Notes under the pieces: model-generated | The model's database searches: none | The model's input: the letters and a program-made list of their open reading frames with translations, nothing else | Told to the model about the DNA's origin: nothing | Assembly: GCA_963717145.1 (NCBI GenBank) | Contig: OY970325.1 | Span: 4,067,248 to 4,131,247 of the forward strand | Origin: an uncultured Armatimonadetes bacterium | GTDB lineage: Bacteria; Armatimonadota; UBA5829; DTJY01 | Direction of reading: 5' to 3' | Length of the DNA stretch: 64,000 nt | Part shown: one piece after another, positions 19,828-28,816 of the stretch | How the letters are laid out: every line of letters begins with the position of its first letter | Position numbering within the stretch: position 1 is the stretch's first letter | Made by a program: the position numbers and the translations under genes

Positions 19828-21916
19828 TCTGAGTTCCATTTGCCATGCCTTCTGTGTTTTCTGTGTTCTTCTGTGCATTCTGTGTTCCAATGGAGTTGCA
19901 GCGGTGGATGATACTCAGGCGAAGGCGTTTTTCGAGTTGGTCAACCTCGACTACTCGGGGCTGGAGGCGGTCAGGGCGGCCGTCCAATCGGGCGACTATG
20001 GTCAGGCGAAGGAGCGGATCGCTCAGTACTACAGGACCCGCACGAAGCCGGGGTGGTACTGCGACGAGCCTCCGGAAGGTGGCCTGTATCCCTCGCTCGA
20101 CTCCACCACCGCCGATGACGTTCTCGCCCGCAGGTTCACCATCAGCAGCAAGACCGCTCAGTACGAGCGCAAGATCGACTGGGCCGTCGTGCCCTATGGC
20201 GACCGGGAGTTCACCTGGCTGCTCAACCGGCACACCTACTTCCTCGAACTCGGGCGGGCGTATCTGCGGACCGGCGACGAGAAGTACGCCCTGGCATTCG
20301 ACGAGATCATCACCGACTGGATCGTCAGCAATCCGGTGGCGGAGGCCGCCGGGCCCAGCAGGAACTCCTGGCGCACGCTCGAGGCAGGCATCAGGATGTT
20401 CAACTCCTGGCAGATGGCCTGGAACTCCTTCAGGGATTCGCCGAGCTTCACCACGGACGCACGGATCATGATGCTCAAGTCCTTCGCCGAGCACGCGGAG
20501 TACCTGATGAAGTACCCACACGGCGGGAACTGGGAGCTGATGCAGTCGAACGGACTGCTCCACGTCGGCGCGATGTTCCCCGAGTTCAGGGACGCTCAGA
20601 AGTGGAGAGAGACCGCCGTTGAGCGGCTCGTCAATCAGATGGCGATTCAGGTCTATCCGGACGGCGCGCAGTTCGAGCTTACGACCTCCTACCACAGCAT
20701 CAGCCTGTGGAACCTGCTGCATCCCGTGATCCTGATGCACGCCGCCGGGAACTTCGAACTGCCCAGGGAATACATAGACCGGCTCGAGCAGATGTTTCGG
20801 TGGAGTGCCGGTGTCAGCCGGCCGGACGGCAAGGCGACGATGCTGAACGACTCCGACCAGCACGACATACTCGGCAGGGTGCAGCGTCCTGCGAGGGCGA
20901 TAGGAGGCGGTACGATTCCCGAGATCAGCCGACTGCTCGATATCCGCTTGGAGAGCAAGTCGGTCTTCCTCCCGTATTCTGGCGTCTCAACCATGCGGGG
21001 GCAGGGCCTCTATCTGCTGATGGACGCCGGCCCCTACGGCGCGGGCCACCAGCACGAAGACAAGCTGAACCTGGAGGTCTACGGCTACGGTCGTCCGTTC
21101 ATCGTCGATCCGGGTCGCTTCACCTACACCGCCTCGGGAGTCCCGTTCAAGGCAACCGGTGCGCACAACACCATTCTGGTGGACGGCATGGGCCAGAATC
21201 GGAGGGCCTCGGACCGAGCCAAGTGGATCGTGAGTGAGCCGGCGCCGGGATGTCGTTGGATCTCGAACGACGGCTTCGACTACGCCGAGGGGATCTACAA
21301 CGACGGTTTCGGGACGACGAACGACAAGACGGTTACGCACGTCCGCAAGGTGTTCTTCGTCAAGCCGGAGTATTGGATTGTGATCGACGTCTTGAAGGGC
21401 GAGGGGGAGCACAGTTTCGAGCAGATGTGGCACTTCATGCCCGGCAAGGTGGCCGCAGAGCCGGGTCTCGTTCGGACGCTTGATCCCGGCGCGAACCTGG
21501 CGGTGGTCCGAGTGGACGGCGCACAGGTGCGGATCGTTGAGGATGAGGATCGGCCGATCCTCGGGTACTACTCGCCAGTGTACAACGTGAGAGAGCCATC
21601 CCCGACCGCGGTGTTCACAGGGTCGTGCGCCGCTCCGATTGCCTTCGAGACGGTGCTCTATCCGTCACAGGGAGACGCGGTCGTGCCTCAGGTGCGAGCG
21701 CTCCACTGCCTGATCGACGCCCAGCATCCCGAGCCGGGGCAGGTCTCGGCGATCTCGATCAGCCTGCCGGAGTACGAAGATGTCATCGTCATCTGCCACG
21801 ACGCAGAGTCGATCGGCAAGACCAAGCGGGTCCTCGGCTTCGAGTTCACCGGCGAGGCGCTCTGGATCCGCACGAACAAGCAGGGCAACACACTGAAGAA
21901 GGCGAGCATTCCTTAG
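19817..21916 (+). CDS. heparinase II/III-like family protein (polysaccharide lyase-like)
   Basis: Signal peptide MLSDLSSICHAFCVFCVLLCILCS; length and motifs consistent with the heparinase II/III family. Confidence 0.55.
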   Translation: MLSDLSSICHAFCVFCVLLCILCSNGVAAVDDTQAKAFFELVNLDYSGLEAVRAAVQSGDYGQAKERIAQYYRTRTKPGWYCDEPPEGGLYPSLDSTTADDVLARRFTISSKTAQYERKIDWAVVPYGDREFTWLLNRHTYFLELGRAYLRTGDEKYALAFDEIITDWIVSNPVAEAAGPSRNSWRTLEAGIRMFNSWQMAWNSFRDSPSFTTDARIMMLKSFAEHAEYLMKYPHGGNWELMQSNGLLHVGAMFPEFRDAQKWRETAVERLVNQMAIQVYPDGAQFELTTSYHSISLWNLLHPVILMHAAGNFELPREYIDRLEQMFRWSAGVSRPDGKATMLNDSDQHDILGRVQRPARAIGGGTIPEISRLLDIRLESKSVFLPYSGVSTMRGQGLYLLMDAGPYGAGHQHEDKLNLEVYGYGRPFIVDPGRFTYTASGVPFKATGAHNTILVDGMGQNRRASDRAKWIVSEPAPGCRWISNDGFDYAEGIYNDGFGTTNDKTVTHVRKVFFVKPEYWIVIDVLKGEGEHSFEQMWHFMPGKVAAEPGLVRTLDPGANLAVVRVDGAQVRIVEDEDRPILGYYSPVYNVREPSPTAVFTGSCAAPIAFETVLYPSQGDAVVPQVRALHCLIDAQHPEPGQVSAISISLPEYEDVIVICHDAESIGKTKRVLGFEFTGEALWIRTNKQGNTLKKASIP

Positions 21917-22013
21917 AACACAGATAACACAGATGGTTACGGATTAGATGATCCATTCCCTTTCTGTGCTTTCCGTGTTCCATCTGTTCCATCTGTGTTC
22001 CAGAGGGGTTAGC

Positions 22014-22949
22014 ATGTTTGATGTAATCGGAATCGGATACACCGCGACGGACTACCTGGGGATCGTGCCCAGGTACGCTGAGATCGATACCAAGATGGAG
22101 ATGTCGCCGTTCATCAAGCAGGGCGGCGGACCGGCGGCGACCGCAATGGTGGCCGTTTCGCGGCTCGGCGGACGGGCGTCGTACGTCGGCAAGGTTGGCG
22201 ACGACGACTTCGGCCGGTTCATGCTCGATCAACTCGCTGTGGAGGGCGTCGATACGTCTCAGGTGACCGTCGCGCCGGGGGCGGAATCCCAGTTCGCCTT
22301 CATCGTCGTGGACGGCGAAACCGGAAAGCGGACGATCTACTGGACGCGCTCAGGAGTGCCGTCGCTCAGGCCCGACGAACTCGACCGGGAGCACGTCCTT
22401 TCGGCGAAGGTGCTGCTCGTCGACGGGCACGACATTGAGGCGGCGATCGAGGCCGCGGGATGGGCGAATGAGGCGGGAATCCCTGTGGTCTACGATGCCG
22501 GTACCGCCCGCGAGAACACCGACGTGCTGTTCGAGCGGACCAACTATCTGGCGGCCTCGAAGCTGTTCGCGACCTCGTTCACGGGGGAGGATGATCCCGA
22601 GAAAGCGGCGAGTGCGATGTTTGGCGGGCGACGGAAGCTCTCGGCGGTGACCCTGGGCAGCGAGGGCTGCTTCTACGCGACCTCGGAGGGCACGGCGTAT
22701 CAGCCGGCGTTCCAGGTCGATACGGTCGATACCACCGGCGCGGGCGATGTCTTCCACGGTGCGATGGCGTTTGCGGTGTTCAAGGATTGGCCGATTCCCG
22801 AGATGGTCGAGTTCGCGAGTGCGGTGGCGGCGATGAAATGCACCGCCCTCGGCGGCCGGACCGCGATCCCCTCCCTGCCCCAGGCGCTCGGATTCTTGCG
22901 TGAGAGATCACCCAACGGGTTCTGGAGCAGCCAGGCGCATTCGAGTTGA
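22014..22949 (+). CDS. PfkB-family carbohydrate kinase (ribokinase/KdgK-like)
   Basis: GAGD motif (DTTGAGDVFHGAM) and kinase N-terminus; last 3 codons plus stop are supplied by the MITE. Confidence 0.8.
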   Translation: MFDVIGIGYTATDYLGIVPRYAEIDTKMEMSPFIKQGGGPAATAMVAVSRLGGRASYVGKVGDDDFGRFMLDQLAVEGVDTSQVTVAPGAESQFAFIVVDGETGKRTIYWTRSGVPSLRPDELDREHVLSAKVLLVDGHDIEAAIEAAGWANEAGIPVVYDAGTARENTDVLFERTNYLAASKLFATSFTGEDDPEKAASAMFGGRRKLSAVTLGSEGCFYATSEGTAYQPAFQVDTVDTTGAGDVFHGAMAFAVFKDWPIPEMVEFASAVAAMKCTALGGRTAIPSLPQALGFLRERSPNGFWSSQAHSS

Positions 22950-23106
22950 GTGGGTGGCGACCGTCTCTCGATATGGTTTCCAGAGAAACCGACTCGAGAC
23001 TAGACGGGTTTGGGCTTGGGAAGCTTGGCAAGCTACCCAACCGTTCTCCTCGAGTAGCCACTCTGGTGGCATAACGAGAGGCTGACTCACTCTGCGGAGA
23101 TGCACC
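22934..23106. mobile_element. MITE copy 1 (non-autonomous derivative of the ISKra4-like IS)
   Basis: Termini GGCGCATTCGAGTTGAGTGGG ... CCCACTCTGCGGAGATGCACC match the IS inverted repeats at 41482 and 42930; ~70-nt core identical to copy 2. Confidence 0.65.
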
Positions 23107-23148
23107 CGGAGCAGCCTCTAAGATACGCCACTCCCCGCGGGTTTCTGG

Positions 23149-23154
23149 TATAAT
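23149..23154 (+). promoter_or_regulatory. putative extended -10 element (TGgTATAAT) for the M16 peptidase gene
   Basis: ctggTATAATgcg lies 30 bp upstream of the GGAGG SD and ATG at 23184. Confidence 0.35.
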
Positions 23155-23183
23155 GCGCGAAGAATCGAGTTCGGAGGTAGATC

Positions 23184-25958
23184 ATGAGAGCCGGAAATAC
23201 TCGTCCATTCTTTTTGATGCTGGCGCTGATCGTGCTGGCAGCAACAATCGCGCCGGTACTCGGCCAGCAGGCGGAGGTCCGGGAGACCGTCCTGCCGAAC
23301 GGCCTGAAGGTGCTCACGAAGGAAGTCCATGCCGTCCCGGTCGTCAGCTTCCAGGTCTGGTACAAGGTCGGCTCTCGGAATGAGCAGCTCGGAAAGACCG
23401 GACTGTCTCACCTGCTGGAACACATGCAGTTCAAAGGCACGAAGTCGCTCGGGAAGGGCGAGATCGACCGCCTGATCCAGAAGAATGGCGGCATCAGCAA
23501 CGCGACCACCTGGAAGGACCGGACCCACTACTACGAGACGTTCTCCAGTGACAGGCTCGAGCTGGCGATGCGCATCGAATCCGACCGCATGGTGAACAGC
23601 CGGATGGACGCCAAGGAACTCGAGTCGGAGAAGGTCGTAGTTCGCTCGGAACTCGAAGGCGGCGAGAACAGCCCGGATTCGCTGATCTACTATGAGTTGT
23701 ATGCCACCGCGTTCAAGGCACATCCCTACCAGTGGCCGACGATCGGCTGGGTCGCGGACCTGGGCTCGATCACCCGGGACGACCTGTACAGCTACTACAA
23801 GACTTACTATCAGCCGAACAATGCGACGGTCGTGATCGTCGGCGACTTCCAGGCCGAGAAGGCGCTGGCACTCGTGAACAAGTACTTCGGCAAGATCAAG
23901 AAGGGCGACGATCCACCCAAGGTCACAGCTAAGGAGCCGGTCCAGTTCGGTGGACGGCGCGCGATCGTCAGCAGGGCGGGCAACGCGTCCCGAGTGATGA
24001 TGGGCTTCAAGACCCCGGCGGTCGGCGATCCGGACAACTATCCGCTCGATGTGCTGGAGATCGTGCTGAGCAGTGGGACGAGCAGCCGCCTGTATAAGGC
24101 GCTCGTGGACAAGCAACTTGCGACCGAAGCCTGGGCGAGCGCGACCGTCGGCAAGGACCCCGATCTATTCCTCCTCGGAGGAACCGCCCGCGACGGCGTG
24201 AAGATCGAGGATGTCGAGGCCGCGCTCCTGGCCGAGGTCGAGAAGATCAAGACCGAGGGCATCACGGACCAGGAACTTCAGAAGGCGCTCAACCAACTCG
24301 AGGCGTCGTTTGTCTACGCCAATGACAGCGTCTCCGCGCAGGCCCGGCAACTCGGAGAGTTCGAGACCATGTACTCCTGGCGGTACATCGTGGAATACCT
24401 GTCGAACGCGCAGAAGGTGAGCAGGGAAGACGTAGGTCGTGTGGCCCGGAAGTACTTCACCGAGATGGGCCGGACCGTCGTGACGTTCGTTCCTGAGGAG
24501 TCAGGAGTCAGGAGTCAGAAGTCAGAAGTCGGCAGGGAGCAGATGGCACTGCCCTTTGAGAGGTTGGCAGCTTACAAACCGGATGTGGAGACACGGAGAG
24601 TGGGAGAACGGGAGAGTGGGAGAGTGGGAGACAAACCCATACTATCCGCCGAGGAATCCGAAATCCGCAGTCCGACATCCGCAATTCAGCCGAAGCGGGT
24701 GGTGCTCGATAACGGTATGGTCGTCATCATCTACCCGAACCGGAGCAATGCGACGATCGCCGTGACCGGAAGCCTGGGCGCCGGTTCGATGCTCGATCCG
24801 ACGGGCAAGGCCGGAGTCGCGCCGGTGACCGCCGGACTGCTCATGAAGGGCACGAAAACCCGCACCGCCGATCAGCTCGCGGCCGAGAGGGACTTTCTCG
24901 CCATCCGCATGGGCACGGGCGCGGACACCGAGTCAGCCTCGTTCAGCACGTACTCGCTCTCGAAGCACTTCGACAAATCGCTCGAACTGCTGTCCGACGT
25001 GCTGCGCAACCCGACATTCCCAGCGGACGAACTCGAGAAGCTGAGGATGAGACGCCTCTCCGCCATCAAGCAGGAGCAGGACGACCCGCAATCGCTCGCG
25101 TTCCGGAAGTTCTACGGCACGGTCTACCCGAAGGGGCATCCGTACCATCAGAATTCGATCGAAGAGGAAGCGGCGAACACCTCCGCGATCACAAGGGATG
25201 ACATCACCGACTTCTACGGCAAGTACTATGGCCCGCAGACCGCGATCATCGTGGTCGTCGGCGATGTCGATGAGCAGACGGCGCTGGCAAAGATCAAGCA
25301 GTATTTCGGCGACTGGAAGCCGACCGGTCCCGCCGTAGTCCCGAAGCAAGTTCGGGACCTGATCCCGGACACGCCGCTTCAGGCGTCCATCGTGAAGGAG
25401 ATCATCCAGGTGCCGGACAAGTCGCAGGCCGACGTGGTCCTCGGCTATGCGAGCACTCTGAAGCGGTCCGATCCGGACTTCTATGTCGCGACGATTATGA
25501 ACTACATCCTCGGCGGCGGCGGAGCGCTCGGCAGCCGGTTCGGGAACGTCATCCGCGACGAGATGGGCCTCGTCTACACCGTCTACAGCGGCTTCGACTC
25601 GACGCTCGGCGCCGGGCCGTGGTACGCTTACCTCGGCACGAACCCGGAGAACATAGACAAGGCAGTCACTACGCTGCTCGACCAGATGAAGCTCATGCGC
25701 GACAAGGGTGCGACGAAGGTGGAGGTCCAGGAGGCGCTGGACTACATCACGGGCTCGTTCGCGGCGCGCCGACTCGAGACGAACAGCGCGATCGCGGATA
25801 CCCTGCACGCCGCTGAGTTCTTCGGCCTGGGGATCGATTACATTCAGAAATACCAGAGCCTCTATCGGGCGGTGACACTCGATCAGGTGAACGCCGCCGC
25901 AAGGAAGTACCTGCACACGGATCAGTACACGATCGTGGAAGCAGGAACGATCAAGTAG
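23184..25958 (+). CDS. tandem M16 (pitrilysin/insulinase) family zinc peptidase
   Basis: HLLEHMQFKGT inverted zinc motif; two M16 modules joined by a low-complexity linker encoded by tandem repeats. Confidence 0.85.
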   Translation: MRAGNTRPFFLMLALIVLAATIAPVLGQQAEVRETVLPNGLKVLTKEVHAVPVVSFQVWYKVGSRNEQLGKTGLSHLLEHMQFKGTKSLGKGEIDRLIQKNGGISNATTWKDRTHYYETFSSDRLELAMRIESDRMVNSRMDAKELESEKVVVRSELEGGENSPDSLIYYELYATAFKAHPYQWPTIGWVADLGSITRDDLYSYYKTYYQPNNATVVIVGDFQAEKALALVNKYFGKIKKGDDPPKVTAKEPVQFGGRRAIVSRAGNASRVMMGFKTPAVGDPDNYPLDVLEIVLSSGTSSRLYKALVDKQLATEAWASATVGKDPDLFLLGGTARDGVKIEDVEAALLAEVEKIKTEGITDQELQKALNQLEASFVYANDSVSAQARQLGEFETMYSWRYIVEYLSNAQKVSREDVGRVARKYFTEMGRTVVTFVPEESGVRSQKSEVGREQMALPFERLAAYKPDVETRRVGERESGRVGDKPILSAEESEIRSPTSAIQPKRVVLDNGMVVIIYPNRSNATIAVTGSLGAGSMLDPTGKAGVAPVTAGLLMKGTKTRTADQLAAERDFLAIRMGTGADTESASFSTYSLSKHFDKSLELLSDVLRNPTFPADELEKLRMRRLSAIKQEQDDPQSLAFRKFYGTVYPKGHPYHQNSIEEEAANTSAITRDDITDFYGKYYGPQTAIIVVVGDVDEQTALAKIKQYFGDWKPTGPAVVPKQVRDLIPDTPLQASIVKEIIQVPDKSQADVVLGYASTLKRSDPDFYVATIMNYILGGGGALGSRFGNVIRDEMGLVYTVYSGFDSTLGAGPWYAYLGTNPENIDKAVTTLLDQMKLMRDKGATKVEVQEALDYITGSFAARRLETNSAIADTLHAAEFFGLGIDYIQKYQSLYRAVTLDQVNAAARKYLHTDQYTIVEAGTIK

Positions 25959-26147
25959 GGAATGGTTTATGGTTTGTGGTTGATGGCTGATGGGGAACCG
26001 GTTCCCATTCCCCATTCCCCATTGACCATTAACCATCAGCCATCAACCATTCCCCGTCAACCATTCCCCCGGGTTTGGCGTATAACAGGCGGGGGGTAAA
26101 CTGCGCGCGGAGGCTCCAACGATGCCGCCGTGCTTTGGAGGTGTGTC

Positions 26148-26570
26148 ATGGCGTCGCATCGGCGGCCGTTCTTTACGTTCTTTATCATCATCCTGCTGGG
26201 CTTGACTCTGTACAATGCATGGCAGGTCCGTGCGCTCCGCGCAGAGGTCACCGTCCTGAGGACGCAGGTGGCGCTGCTGAGGACCGGCGGCGAGAAGCCG
26301 GCCCGCGGCGCTCTCGATAGCGTGGACCTGGCCCGCAAGCATGCGGATCTGGCGCGGAAGTATGTAGCAGATGGTGAGTTCAAGAAGGCGCGCGTCGAGT
26401 TGGAGAAGAGCCTCGAGTACATGAAGCGCTTCAGCCAGACGTCCGAGGAGTCGTCGAAAGACACGATTGATCGGCTCCAGGATACCTGGCGGGATGCCGG
26501 CAAGAGCATCGACAAGATGTGGCGCGGCGTCACCGAGAAATCGGGGGAAGCGAAAAACAAAGGAGGCTGA
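26148..26570 (+). CDS. membrane-anchored coiled-coil hypothetical protein
   Basis: N-terminal TM segment FFTFFIIILLGLTLY followed by a charged helical region. Confidence 0.4.
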   Translation: MASHRRPFFTFFIIILLGLTLYNAWQVRALRAEVTVLRTQVALLRTGGEKPARGALDSVDLARKHADLARKYVADGEFKKARVELEKSLEYMKRFSQTSEESSKDTIDRLQDTWRDAGKSIDKMWRGVTEKSGEAKNKGG

Positions 26571-26575
26571 ACGAA

Positions 26576-27319
26576 ATGCGTAAGCGTTGGCATATTGCAC
26601 TGCTGCTGGTGGCGCTCATGCTGTCCATCTCAGTCCTGTCCGGCTGCAAGCCCGCCGGCCTTGTCAGCAACAGTCAGGAAGTGGAGATCGGCAGACAGTC
26701 TGCTCAGCAGGTGGAATCGCAGTATCCGGTGAATAAGGACCCGGAACTGAATAGAATGGTGACGACGATGGGGAAGAACCTTGCCCGTTTCTCACCCCGT
26801 CAGAACGTTGAATACACATTCAAGATCCTGGACATCAAGGACGTGAACGCCGTGTCGCTGCCCGGGGGTTGGATCTACGTCTACAAGGGCCTGATCGACA
26901 CGACGAAGGGCAGTCCCGACCAGATGGCGGGAGTCATCGCGCACGAGATAGCGCACGTAGCGCTCCGACACCACGCCGACATGATCGGGCGTCAGACGTA
27001 CGCGGGCATACTCGTACAGACGCTGACGCGTGGCGATGTCCAGCAGTGGGCAAACCTGTTCGCGAATTTACAGCTTCTACAGTGGAGCCGGGAGCATGAG
27101 TTCGAAGCTGACCGAGATGGGATCGACATCATGTTCAAGTCCAAGCAATACGATCCCCAGGGATTGGTCAACTTCTTTGGCGCACTGGACAAGCTGCACA
27201 AGGATAATCCATCGAAGTTCGAGCAGATGTTCAGGACGCACCCTGTGACGGCTGAGCGCGTCAAGCGCGCGCAGTCACATCTGGATGATCTCAAAGCCGG
27301 TCGAGTCCAGCCGAAGTAG
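26576..27319 (+). CDS. M48-family metallopeptidase lipoprotein
   Basis: AGGAGG SD; lipobox LSGC; HEIAHVALRH zinc motif and downstream EFEAD. Confidence 0.8.
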   Translation: MRKRWHIALLLVALMLSISVLSGCKPAGLVSNSQEVEIGRQSAQQVESQYPVNKDPELNRMVTTMGKNLARFSPRQNVEYTFKILDIKDVNAVSLPGGWIYVYKGLIDTTKGSPDQMAGVIAHEIAHVALRHHADMIGRQTYAGILVQTLTRGDVQQWANLFANLQLLQWSREHEFEADRDGIDIMFKSKQYDPQGLVNFFGALDKLHKDNPSKFEQMFRTHPVTAERVKRAQSHLDDLKAGRVQPK

Positions 27320-27322
27320 ACC

Positions 27323-28033
27323 TTGTGTGGGCCGGCCCGTCAGGAGAGCACGTTGAAACTAACTGTTGTGGTTCCGGCCTACAATGAGGGAGAGCGACTG
27401 CGCGGGGTTCTCGGTGTGCTTCAGGAGTGCGCGGTCGTCGACGACATCATCGTTGTGAGCGACGGCTCGACCGATAATACTTGCGATGTGGCACGCTCAT
27501 ACAACGGCGTGACGGCATTCCAATTGCCGCACAATGTCGGCAAAGGCGGCGCGATGGTTGCCGGCGCCAAGCGTGCCACGTCCGAGTTCATCGCCTTCCT
27601 CGACGCCGACCTGATCGGCTTGACTCCCTCCCACGTGGAGGCTCTCGTTTCCCCCGTGCTGTCCGGAGAAGTCGATATGACCATCGGCATATTCAAAGGC
27701 GGCCGCCCGCGCACGGACTGGGCACAGGTCATCGCTCCGTTCATCTCGGGACAGAGGGCGCTTTCGAGGGATGAGTTCCTCTCGATACCGGGCCTCGACG
27801 AGGCCAGATACGGCGTCGAAGTGGCAATAACCAGGCATATCAGGGACAGGGGACTTGCCATCCGCACTGTGGCTCTCATGGGAATGACTCACCCCATGAA
27901 AGAGGAGAAGATCGGCTACATTCGGGGGACGGGCGCACGGATGACGATGTACTGGGAGATCATGAAGATGGTCTGCAGTTGGCAGGGTCGAAAGTCGAAG
28001 GTTGAGAGTCGAAAGCTGAAAGTTGAGAGTTAA
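27323..28033 (+). CDS. family 2 glycosyltransferase
   Basis: VVVPAYNE and DADL motifs; C-terminal tail (GRKSKVESRKLKVES) is encoded by tandem repeats. Confidence 0.75.
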   Translation: MCGPARQESTLKLTVVVPAYNEGERLRGVLGVLQECAVVDDIIVVSDGSTDNTCDVARSYNGVTAFQLPHNVGKGGAMVAGAKRATSEFIAFLDADLIGLTPSHVEALVSPVLSGEVDMTIGIFKGGRPRTDWAQVIAPFISGQRALSRDEFLSIPGLDEARYGVEVAITRHIRDRGLAIRTVALMGMTHPMKEEKIGYIRGTGARMTMYWEIMKMVCSWQGRKSKVESRKLKVES

Positions 28034-28341
28034 GGTTGTAGGGGCGTGCCTTGTGCCGCCCGCGACACCGAACCGGGCGGCACAAGGCACGCCCCTACAA
28101 CCGGTTCATCTGGAGACGCCTCCTACAACAGTGATCCCCGGCACATGATCCGCTCTGCCTCCGCCAAGTTGGTCCCGGGTGTTGATGCCGAGCACCTCGT
28201 CCGGCCCGCACGATACCGATGACGCGCGCATCCCCTGCGATTATAACTCCTGCACTGCCCAGCGACAAGCGCCGACAGTTTCGCGCACCGACATGCCGGG
28301 TATGAGAACAAGGGTATGGCGCAGATGACTGCGCCGACAGG

Positions 28342-28800
28342 ATGTCAATGGAGGTGAAACCCATGACGGTACAGAGGGTAGTTTGTCTGGCACTGGTGGT
28401 AGTATTTGCGTCTACCGTGATGCTGACCAGTCCGGCGTACTCGGCAAACCTGCTTACGCAGGCATTGAAGCTGTTCGGAATCGGCTACGTGGTAAGCCAC
28501 TTCGGACCGCAGATCGACAAGTTCATCACGAGCCTCGCCGGCCAGCGTGGAGTCCAATGGGAGGGCGCGACAAAGGTGGTCCCGATCGTGTCGGTTGGCC
28601 AGGGATTCTTCGTAGGTGCGGCACAGGTGGTCGGGGAGCCGAACCAGGTAGACAAGGTCAAAGCTGTCGGCCAGGTCGAGGCGACTCTGTCGAGCTTCAG
28701 CGGCAGGCTGCTCGTCCCCGTGGACACATCGAACCCGACAAAGAACCTGTCGCGCGTCAACGGAGTGGGCGTGTCCGCGCTGGTCGATTTCAAGATCTAG
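28342..28800 (+). CDS. secreted hypothetical protein, paralog A
   Basis: Signal peptide; C-terminal 75 aa homologous to the C-terminus of the 28817..29560 product. Confidence 0.5.
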   Translation: MSMEVKPMTVQRVVCLALVVVFASTVMLTSPAYSANLLTQALKLFGIGYVVSHFGPQIDKFITSLAGQRGVQWEGATKVVPIVSVGQGFFVGAAQVVGEPNQVDKVKAVGQVEATLSSFSGRLLVPVDTSNPTKNLSRVNGVGVSALVDFKI

Positions 28801-28816
28801 CAGAGGAGGAGGGATT

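Noticed and set aside
22934-23106. The 170-220-bp repeated element read as a cis-regulatory structured RNA or riboswitch, because of its terminal pairing, conserved core and position upstream of two genes.
   Set aside because: Its termini match the inverted repeats of the ISKra4-like IS in the same window, so a MITE is the simpler explanation. No known riboswitch consensus recognised.
24490-24690. Tandem short repeats considered as a CRISPR array or minisatellite locus.
   Set aside because: Units are 7-9 nt with no spacers, and they lie inside a coding frame. No cas genes in the window.
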